Shown one piece after another: positions 54,200 to 64,000 of a stretch of DNA of 64,000 nt; within the stretch, counting starts at the first letter, position 1; each line of letters opens with the position of its first letter. Source of the stretch: Cercozoa sp. M6MM (taxonomy: Eukaryota; Protista; Endomyxa: Ascetosporea); the NCBI GenBank assembly GCA_040357565.1, contig JBDODJ010000020.1. One strand, 5' to 3'. The notes below the pieces were generated by a model. The model saw only the letters and a list, made by a program, of their open reading frames with translations. It had not been told where the DNA came from and searched no databases. Both the position numbers and the translations under genes were made by a program.

Positions 54200-57100
54200 G
54201 ACAGGGCAGACTACAGTCTTTTTGAGTTGTCTCATGGGCGTCTGAGTACCTGACACTGAAGCAGGAAGTAACTGGAGTACAAGGACAGATGGGTACAGTT
54301 AATTCAGGCTGTACCCGAGTCAGTGTCAAAGTCGATACTGTCCGCATCGAGATGCATCACTGTCTGCGTAGTGTCGCCTTCGAACGACGACAGTGGAACC
54401 GTCGTTCTGTGTTTCAAAGTACTTTTTATCACTGTACAGTTCAAAAGAAAAACCTATCAGTTGTTCTACCGAGTGCTTGAAGCAGCCCGCTCGGCGGCAG
54501 TGAGGTACTGCTGTGTCACATCCGCCTCGTCCTCGCTGTCATCATCAAAGTCGCTCGCCTGTTCAAACACACACAAAACAAAAAAATCAATTTGCAAAAA
54601 CTCTCAAGACACAAAACACGAAACACCAAAGAAAAAGAGCCTACGTGGGCTTGCACGAGCGCACGCAACACCTGGGCACTGCTCACGGCGTCTGTGGCCA
54701 CATCTCGCACGAACGGGTGCTCCAGCAGTTTATCGATCGTCGCTCGGTCCTTGGGCTCGCGTTGCACGCACCGACCCACCTGGAGCCCAGTCGTATCAAC
54801 ACACTCCACCAGGTGCTCTAATGAGTAGTTTACGAAATCACGGAAGTCGGACGACCACCTGGAGCCCTGTAAGCACATTTCCTTGTACACTCAGTTTGAA
54901 GGCAAAGCTTAGCGGCTCAATACCTCCAGTTTTGGCACCGGCGTTCGTGGATTACTGACGGCCCTGACCTGTCTCAGCACGTGTGAGTGCACACTGGGTC
55001 CCAACAAAGCACACTACCAGGCCAGCGAAACTCTTGTCCGAGTGGGGCGGCTTGCCCTGTAACAGCAACATAAAAAAATGCAAAAGGTGAAAGCTGAGTT
55101 GAGTGTACGCCGGCCATTTCGAGTGCAGTGATGCCGAGCGACCTGTGTTTCAGCAAAACAACACGCACATACGCAACACAACGACCATGCAAACAACCAT
55201 GCAAACAAGCGGCACCACACATCGCTCGCGTAGCTCGCCGGCTGCTTGCGCGTGAGCACCTCCGGCGCCATCCACAGTGGCGATCCCGCGAATCCTGAGT
55301 CATTCACATCAAGCGGTACAAGTGAACCGTACAATTGTACCGGCCCTGTACAAACGGACCAATAGTCATATCCGATAACATAAACTGTACCACCCGACTG
55401 AGCCGCAATTTGATTTCTTTCTGCCACTGAGCAGGGAGGGGTATGTGAACATTAACAGGCGATAGAAGGGGCCAAGTAGAAGGGGCCAAAGGATCAAGGG
55501 GGTAGAAGGGGAGGGGTCAAGGAGTCAAGGGGGTCAAGGGTAAAGGGGGGGTAAACATACCGTTGGCGACGGTGAGCACCGTATTTTGCAACTGTCGCGC
55601 GATGCCAAAATCCGCGAGTTTCACGAGGCCCTGTTGCGAGATGAGAATGTTCGCCGCCTTAATGTCTTGGTGTACCTACAATGCGCGCGAGTACAACAAT
55701 GCGTCCATTTGTACATACACACACTCTCTCTGCAACTGTGTGTGGAGGTACGAGACACTGCTTGTGCATCGACGCCAGTGCACGCACACACGCTGCCACG
55801 ACCTGTCAAAACAACATACGCATATGCGTGTGTATATATGTGGCTACAGGGGCGGCTACAACACGTACCACGCGAATCTCGGCCTCCTGCATCGGCCGTT
55901 TGTCCAACTGATCGCGAAGTGAACCGCCGCTCACCTAAACAGAAAACAGAAACATAAAACACGAACAGACACGCACGTGTGTGCGAGAGAAAGTACGAGA
56001 TCCATGAGAATCCACAAGCGCTGCCGTCGGTCAGGTCCAGCACAGCCTGTAAGACATTGTTTAAGGGGGTGCAACTGAAACTGGTGCTGTACCGTAGTAT
56101 CGAACGACGTGCTCGTGCTGCACCTTGCGCAGGATTTCGACCTCCTTGCGAATCTCGCTCAGCGCGTCAGAGTCGCCACTGTCCTGCTCCGCATGAAACC
56201 TCTCTCGAGAAACAGCAACAACAATAGCACAAACGCACATCAGTCGGAATCAGCTTGGCTGCCAGTTCGAAACCACCCTGCAGTTTTTCAAACACGCTTT
56301 CTGACCTAAAGAAACGCTGAAGAAACGCTGTTGGTGATAAAGCTGCACCTGACGCGAGACAATGCGATGTACGACGCCGAACGCACCTAAAAGTTCAGTG
56401 TGGAGTCAGGCTTGCGGACTGATTAGTCGAAAACTACCCTCGCCGAGTTTTTCCTTGATTTCAAAAACACTTTCGATGTCGTCGACGTGCCATTCCTGTT
56501 TCCAGAAAAGAACTCCACCAATACACGGTGAAAGCAAAGTTTGTACCAAGTCGGCATTGACATGTGTCACGTGTCGCACCGAAGCAGGTGACGTGATCGC
56601 CTGAATGCCAAAAATACATTCAGTTTGGGTTCTATAAACTAACAAGGGAAGAAAAGTCACATTTCGTGCGCGTGCAAGTCGCAGGAAACGCAGTGCGGCC
56701 ATCCATTGTTCCTTTAGCACAAGCAAAACAAAAGTACGGTCGAAGAGTCTAGAAGAAAGTAAGATGCGGTACAATGTTGGCGTTGGAATCATCGGTTTCG
56801 AGAAATTCGACCACTTTGGCCGCCACGTGCAGCGCGAGGCCTTTCCGTTCTGCAAAGGCACAACTTACCACTCAATCAATTAAAGCGAAAGCTTGATTCT
56901 TTGGAACGCTTACCACCAGTTGAGAAGGTTGAAACACGGTCTATATTCGAGACTGGAATTCTCTTGACTTGTCGACTCGCCCTGCGGATCACTGTGCCTG
57001 CACGACCGCGAGTCTCCTGCAGATGGCACATATGGTTCAATCTGCAGAGATTGAGATGTTTAAAAACACTTGCCATGTCAAGACGCGATGAAACAACCGT

Positions 57101-57454
57101 GCCAGTGTCGGTAATTGCTGGTGCACACCAGCACAAGTGTTGCATGTCCTACAATGTGCACTGTAAAACTACGCTGCCTTCTCCTGGGTTTTAAGTACCT
57201 TCTCGGCAAACAGCAGTCGCGCATGGAACCTGAAAAAGCAAGTTAGCTTCACAGGAAACAAAAGGAAAAGCGGAGACTTACTTGTTCTTGTTGCCAGCCT
57301 TCTTGAGAAAAACGCCACCTTGCACCAGCAGACGATGGTATCCGGCCTGCGCAGCGAGCGATCACAAGCAAAACGACAGAAAGTCACATCGCTGTACCTC
57401 TTTGTCTGCCTGCTCGCGTCGTTTGCGCTCAATCTCTTCGCGCGTGAGCGTCAT
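54200..57454 (-). CDS. STE20-family kinase with N-terminal PH-like domain and CRIB-like motif (3' end approximate)
   Basis: GGVFLKKAG...[10 protein letters not shown] (PH); [14 protein letters not shown] (CRIB-like); KLGEG|[53 protein letters not shown]|[32 protein letters not shown]. Confidence 0.88.
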
Positions 57455-57773
57455 CTTGACACCACCGCGCGGAAGAGCAGCTTCGGGTGGTCAGATGAAA
57501 AAGGCGGTGCAAATTGCCCGAATCTCCTGGCAGAGACGTGCAAGGAGACTTTAGAGTCAACTCAGGGCCACGAAACGCAGTTTTCGATGCGCTGCACAAG
57601 TTGATGACGTCTGGAAGCTAAGAGCGAAGGGCTGTGCACAGTTTCGTTAAGGGGGTTTTGATGAGCTAAAATCGGTTTATTTCGCGCCGGGGTGCACTAG
57701 AGATGAGCCTAAGTTTTGTTTAACCTCCTGTCAGTAATGTTTTAGTGGATTCCCGTCAGGAATACCGGCAGGT

Positions 57774-59400
57774 TTACGAAGGGCGTTTGATACGATAGGT
57801 GGTCGGTGATGTCGTCGAGAGGATCGGGCCTTCGTGCCATTCCGTTGCCGAAAACGACGTCATCTGTCGCCAGCAGTTGGTCCTGTAGAACACAGAATCC
57901 GTGTTAGATTTGTGCGATGAAAAGAAACAATTTTGCGATGATGGGAAACTAGATTTTTGCGCGGATAAGAAACCGTACGGCTGCATCGGCGTCGTAGAGG
58001 AGAAGTTGCACCGAGTGAGCCAGACGGAGCAGCTGCGTGTTGCACTGCACCAGCTCGCGCGTCACGATGCACGGCACTGAAATAAGTCCCCAATAGAAAT
58101 AAATACTACTAGGTTAAATCAAACCATCCGCGGCCTCGTTCGGAGGTACAATTACTGCCTATGACTCGGCAGGCCATGTGGTTTGGTTTGACGGTATAGA
58201 CAACACATATAAGTTATACACATGACAGCGACCTTTTCTGAGTACCTCAGTTCGCCGCAGAGGAATGCGTCGCGTGATGCGTTTCCAAGGGCACCATGAT
58301 GCACTAGTGGGTTCGTGTGGCTACACAACACAGTCAGTGTCAAGATATGTTCGTTCATCAGGCCCCGCAGACATGGCACCTTGGCAGCAGAAAAGTGACG
58401 CAGCACACGCACTTGCACCAAGAGTTTCAGTAAAGACGTGTTGTGTACGCGTGCCTTTTATGACCAGCACACATGCTAGCCGCAATATTCATCGAAAGGC
58501 AGCGAGTACCACAAGCGAACTGCAAGGAGCGCGAATTAGAGACCATACGACGTGTCGACGACTTGGTGGCAAAGTCGACAGCGGGTGCAGCAGCGACCAG
58601 TGCAGACGCACCTCACGCTGGTTTTGTTTGATTGGCAGGTCCGCTGAGTCGCCGCCAGGTGGACCGATTGGTGTGTGGCTCGATATGCGGTACTTGACGC
58701 CATCGTCCTGCAAGGTCATAGACATACATTTTAGCGAGTGCGGGCACTTGAGTCTCAAACTCACCAGAACAACCGCATCAACAACAAGGAGGTAGGACAC
58801 TTGGACAAAGTAAATGCTGTCTCGGTCACCGTGGTCATCGGCAAGCTCAGCGTCAAATCGTTGCTGCTGTAGCGAGAGGCGCAGCGGCTTTGGGTACTTG
58901 TTCCAGTCGATGTGTGTCTGCGTGCAGGAAACTTCGGGCTTCACCTCCGTACAGTATTAGTCTTGTACGTGAACAAAACACTGATCAGTACAGTGAGAGT
59001 GAAGTCAATGCAGTAGACTCCACTAGAATTCCCCGAGGCAGTATCGATAGCACTATCACCATCGGAAGTATGCAGCGCGATAGCTTTGTCAATCACCAGC
59101 GCCTCCGATATTGACATGAGTGGCGTGCGCAATGACCTCTGTTTTGTCGTCAAACTCACTCGTTGTAAGTTATTTTTGTAGTATAATGTATAGGGGCATC
59201 GGTAGTCTTTTTATACATTCAGGCTGTGGTACCGCAGTTGCGCCAGATCTGGTTCGTGGCACACGCGCTTGCAGCAGCCCCTGTCGCGTCGCTGCTGCGC
59301 TCAGAGTGCATCCATACTGTGTTTCATATACTTGAGCAGTGGACAATACTGACATGTAGCAGCTTTTGCTCCTTTCTGCCCTCTGTTTCACAACGGCAAG
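57774..59400 (-). CDS. Hypothetical protein, multi-exon
   Basis: Exon-like blocks (KPEVSCTQTHIDWNKYPKPLRLSLQQQRFDAEL; TLQDDGVKYRISSHTPIG) with minus-strand GT-AG borders. Confidence 0.35.
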
Positions 59401-59831
59401 CATTCGGCTTCCAAGTAGAGAAAGCTAGTGCAGTACTTCGAAAAATTTAAGTACCTACCCCGCGAAAAATGACTCTTAGGTTCTGTTCTATGGTTTGCAC
59501 CGTCAGTGACAGCTTCGTCATGCTCGGAAGGGCGTGGAAAGCAAGCTGCATCAATTGGCAATAATCACTCCCCTGGGACCTCCGTTCGGTGTTTTGAAAA
59601 TCGAAGAGAAACTCCCTCAGTCTTCATAAAAGTAAATTCCATGCTTTAAAAGTGTTCGATTTGCTCTAAAATAATGCTGTTCTTGCCTTCGAATCGCAAT
59701 CGCACCTTTAACAACAAATGTCGGTGATTTCGTTTTTCGCATTCTACTGTGTGCAATTAATATTGTAAGACATATCGATTGCTAGCTGTGCCAGACTGGT
59801 AGTAGCACGCGCGTGAGCACGTTAAGACATC

Positions 59832-60142
59832 ATGGGCAAGGAATCAGGATGCGATCGCGAAGAGCAGTTCGAGGGTGTTTCTCTGTATCATGATATGGAC
59901 TGTCTCGGGAAAACCGGTGTTACCGACACAGACCGACTAATGGGCGGCACCTGCGGCAAGGAGTACCAGCGAATGAAGAAGTGTCTGGACGAGCACGACC
60001 GGTATTGTTTGCGTCCCTATTACTGACGTACCCAACTGCTCTGTGCAGAAGCTGGAGCATTTGCCAGGAGTACGTGCTCGCCGTTAAGATGTGCCACGAA
60101 AAGAAGAATCAGCGGCAGTCGCAGCCTAGTGAGTCGTCATAA
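59832..60142 (+). CDS. Small twin-CX9C (CHCH) mitochondrial intermembrane-space protein, COA4-like
   Basis: CGKEYQRMKKC-LDEHDR|SWSI-CQEYVLAVKMC gives two C-x9-C motifs across a GT-AG intron (about 60003-60048). Confidence 0.75.
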
Positions 60143-61249
60143 AACGACAGTCAAAGTTTCTGGTTCTACTTTCTGTTAAGTCAATTAGTTAAAAAGAACC
60201 GGAAACTTCGCGTTCGGGCTTTCGCCGATATTAGCGCATCCTGGCAACAAAAGATGCGAAGTCAGTCACCGATTCCTTAACCTCTGAAAGTACTGGAAAT
60301 CCGACTGTCGCTTTTGCCCTAATTTGACAGCCGTGGCAGTTCCGAGACGAGTGTGTGTAGGCATCATGCGGTTAAAGAGGCTTTTTGTGGCTATGGTGTG
60401 CCTACAACCAGCTGTCACGGTGGCAACATCAAGTAACAAACCTGGAGTTCGACTTCTCAAAACAGGTTTCTTCTCTCAGTTTGCTCTCGATACTTCCAGT
60501 TAAGCGTTGTATTCGGAAACCAGCAACTTCAGACTCAGCTCCGCAACACCCTCCGTCAAAGTAGTGCTGTTTTGTCTACTTCGAGGGGCTGTCGTTGGCT
60601 TTGATAGGTTTCAGCCCGACTTGATAGGCAGCAGTGGCGTACCCCGTTGGAGCTGTTGCGATCGCTCATTCGAAACCTTAGTAAGACTGCCTTTTCTCGC
60701 TCAAGTAAGTTGACTGAAATTAACTTGAGTGGGTCTTTTGGCAGAAAAGAAAGAGCAGGTCCCTCGAGCTCAAGAACACCCACCAATGTTGAACCCGTCG
60801 GAAGTGTGCAGTGAGTTTCACTCTTTCCTTTCAGTACCCCTACCTAGTGTACCTCTGATTTTGTATTCGATACTTTTGATTCAGGAGTGATGGACTGGGA
60901 GGCACTCCAGGAACCCGAACTTCAGGCTTTGTGCAACATGACGCATTTCGTCGGTGAGTCGTGTCCCGTGTGTTACCAGGCGCACCGGACTTCCGGGTAC
61001 CTGCAGTGAGCGCCCGGTCCAGCTGTCTCTAACTAGTGCAGTGCAGTACTAAGTTTAACGTAAATTGAGTCACCGCACATCTTGTCGCAGCTGCGACTTC
61101 GTGCTTAGTTTAGTGTTTCCCATGTTGAATGTTACAGTAGTACCCTAGTTGTACGATGCTCCGTGACTTAGCAAGCCCGAGCCGAGCGGAGTTGCCGCGC
61201 ATGGTTCGAATTCTAGCTGCAAGACCTGGTCAATGCCGGGGCCAACGGG

Positions 61250-61450
61250 TCACTCCGCGGCGTCTCGTGTGATCGGCGGCTGCTCAGGAACTTCACGCGG
61301 AGAGTCGAGCGTGTCTTCAGATTCCGCTTCCTCCGACTCTTCCATCTCCTCGCCAAAATCGTAATCACACGATTCCAACGAGAGCTCCGGCACGAATCGA
61401 ACCCGCGCTGTTGTGTTTAAGTTAGTTTTCCACACACACCCACGTGCACC

Positions 61451-61513
<63 letters not shown>

Positions 61514-62776
61514 ACACACGCACCCACAAATTAAATTTCACAGATCCGAGCCCCGGTAATTTAAAGTAAGTTTACCCTCCTTGTCAATAGCCTTGTTCAC
61601 CTGATTGCGCACCGGTAGAAGCCACACCTCGCCACCGCCAAAATCCAGCCAGGCTTGTACGCACCGAGTTGTTTGGTATCCTTGAGCCCCCAGTGGGTTT
61701 GGCCGTGTGGTTGTTCGCGAACTAAAAACGATTAAATTTACCCTAAATTTAGGTAATATCTCAGACACTGATCATGCACTCGCTTGAATAAACACCTGGG
61801 AGTTTACCTTTGCCCATTGCTTCGGTCACTGCTTGATCGATCAAGACGTGCACCGCCTGTCTCAGTCGTTCGACTGGGTTCCATTCAGTGACAACAGCGA
61901 ATCAGTGGTTTCAGGGGACAACATAAGTTTACACACGCGTCGTTGCACTTCAGCTTGGAATTGCGGCGAGAAGCAGGTCGGAGGGAACTGTATTCCAAGA
62001 CTTGCGCCCAAGCCCTTGGTGCGAGCGACGTCCCAAGGTGGCGTCACAAGGCCGTGGGTTCGAAGTTCCTGGTAGTAAATTTATGACTCCACGGCCTCGT
62101 TCATGACGTACTCTTCGACACCTTCGAGTGGAAGTGGCGGCGAAAGTGGCATGTAAAGCACCCAGCGAAGGTAGTCTAATCATGATTGGGTGACACAAGT
62201 ACCCTTGCACAACAGCGCCTGGAGATTCGGTTGGTACCAGCGTTTCGTAGATACTCTTGCTCGAAAGTCGAGTCAGAAGCGAGCCCTAGGGCTTCGTCAC
62301 GCCAGGTAGAGACGATGTTCCAATCTTCAATGCCTAGACGCAGAGCGGACACAACACCCGGTTCGTTCAGTTGCACTGTTCAATTCACCGTATCGTAGAA
62401 CTAGAGCACTGAGCAAGTGCAAGGTGGATCGTTACTGGCACCCATGTCGACCGCAGTCTGCAGAGCAGCAGGGCGCAGCATTTGCCGGATTTTCGCTTCT
62501 GCTTTTTAATCGAAAACCGAAACGCATATGAATCAAAGCAGCCGCAAGGAAGAGAAAATGACCAGTACCGGCGCGCATGTTGAGGGATTGCTCCTCTGGT
62601 AAGGCGGTAAAACTACGACCTTCCACGAGTATCTTCTGGACATGGTCACGAAGAGCAGGGTCTTGAATGAGAGCGACTTGGTCCTCCCACACCCACATTG
62701 CCTGCACGTAGGCACACGCGGACAGCATAAGACAAAAGAAGCGAGGCCAGCTCGACACTCGGACTCGAATGTGCAT
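61250..62776 (-). pseudogene. Possible decayed gene or mobile-element remnant
   Basis: Protein-like frames broken by in-frame TGA/TAA (FYDTVN*TVQLNEPG; EAVES*IYYQELR; QSND*DRRCTS*SIKQ*PKQW). No family recognised. Confidence 0.3.
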
Positions 62777-63090
62777 GGTATGTCTTTGGTAAATTTAGGC
62801 AAGATTCCGCTTTTCTGCAGGGTCGGAGGGGTAAAGAAAAACTGAAAGCAGGGAGTCTCAGCTCACACACGCCCTACGCACCCTACCGAAGGCCCAATTT
62901 CCTTAGTATACAACACAATGCCGAGACTGAAAACAGAGTCGGTTTACGCTGGAGTTTTGAATGGACCGGTGGTGTTTAACATGCACATGCAAACATAAAA
63001 CTGCAGTCTTCTAGAGTGTTCGACATTTTGAGCAGAGTGACACGAACGAACTAATTTAACTACTAGCTAAACCTGGTAATCTTGGTCGAC

Positions 63091-63899
63091 TCATGATTGA
63101 TTCGGCCGGCGGGGCTCGAAGGCGCCGAGAGCGTCGTTGAGTCGCTCGAACTGTCGCTGTGCACAGCGCGTTCGCATTCGCGTCTCGAGCATAAGCTGAC
63201 TCGCCTGTGCAGTCCAGAGCAGACAGTCACCAATCAACAGAGTACCTTAGGCACACAAGGAACAAAGCAGGAGACTGACAGCGGACAGAAGTCGAGCGGC
63301 GCGGTGCACGTCAGCCGCGCGGTTTCGCGCGCGTTCTTGCTTCGCTTTCGACTGCGCCGACTGGTGTGCTATCCGCTGCACTCTGCAGGACTCACACGGA
63401 GAGACTGAGTACAGCAAAGAAGAAAGACAAGAGTTACGTGTGCTCGAGGATGGCTTGGTTCTCTTCCGACTGCTGTCGCAGCAGTGTGTAGTGTTGCCTC
63501 ACGTCTGCATATCATGCACATATACATATACATATATATATATATATAACTTATATATATATATATATATACATATATATAACTTTTTTATATAGATGTA
63601 ATATGTACATGGATATACCAAGCAAGAGTTGCGTCAGTTCGTCGGAAAATGCGGCTCGATCGTTTCGCAGCGTTTCCGACGGCAGCTTGTGCGAAAGCGA
63701 CTCGAACACGCGTAGTTGCTCCAGTCGCCCCAAGAGCTCCGGGTCGCCCTGCTTTTTGACCTCTTTCCTTCGCGTCTTCAGTGTCACTGGCCGGTTCTAC
63801 AGAAGTGCAAAAACTTCCCTCTCATTATTAGAACGGGCTGCATACCGTGCTCGGCGTCTTGGCGGCCTCTCGTGTGGCACGCGACTCCTCAGCGCCCAT
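63091..63899 (-). CDS. BORCS5: BORC subunit 5 (myrlysin/LOH12CR1)-like myristoylated coiled-coil protein
   Basis: MGAEES N-myristoylation motif; DPELLGRLEQLRVFESL, DVRQHYTLLRQQSEENQAIL and terminal FERLNDAL parallel BORCS5 as I recall it. Confidence 0.55.
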
Positions 63900-64000
63900 G
63901 CCGAAACTTGCAAAGCGAAAACGAAAGTGGCGATGCTGCTGGCAGATCGCTCCTAATCCCTTATGCCACTTACACTAAATGAGCAGTTATGGACACACGT

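Overview
Gene-dense eukaryotic (protist-type) nuclear DNA from a draft assembly with five N-gaps, all at microsatellites or homopolymers. It uses the standard genetic code and has many short GT-AG introns. Hand-splicing gives about 25 gene models, so internal and terminal boundaries are approximate. Recognisable genes: a Nup153-like RanBP2-zinc-finger/FG nucleoporin, a PhyH-family dioxygenase, RRP1, a MED17-like protein, an ELO elongase, an FCH/F-BAR+RGS protein, RPF2 head-to-head with DBP6/DDX51, a secreted plant-GULLO-like FAD oxidase, two kinases, an EGF-repeat membrane protein, mitoribosomal bL28m, an mRNA guanylyltransferase, a PX+START protein, a Sae2/CtIP-like protein, a glycosyltransferase-like gene, a twin-CX9C protein and a BORCS5-like protein. 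The strongest unexplained signal is the perfect 10-bp palindrome TCCGCGCGGA. I counted 19 exact copies by eye, against about 0.06 expected under uniform base composition. It occurs in exons in all three reading frames and in introns, with no shared longer flanks, resembling a eukaryotic analogue of the cyanobacterial highly iterated palindrome HIP1. Other observations: an exon cassette in reverse orientation inside a gene between a G-run and a C-run (real inversion or misassembly), degenerate GTAC-rich 5' splice sites, and gene-specific low-complexity intron content rich in G-tracts. No rRNA, tRNA or CRISPR was recognised.
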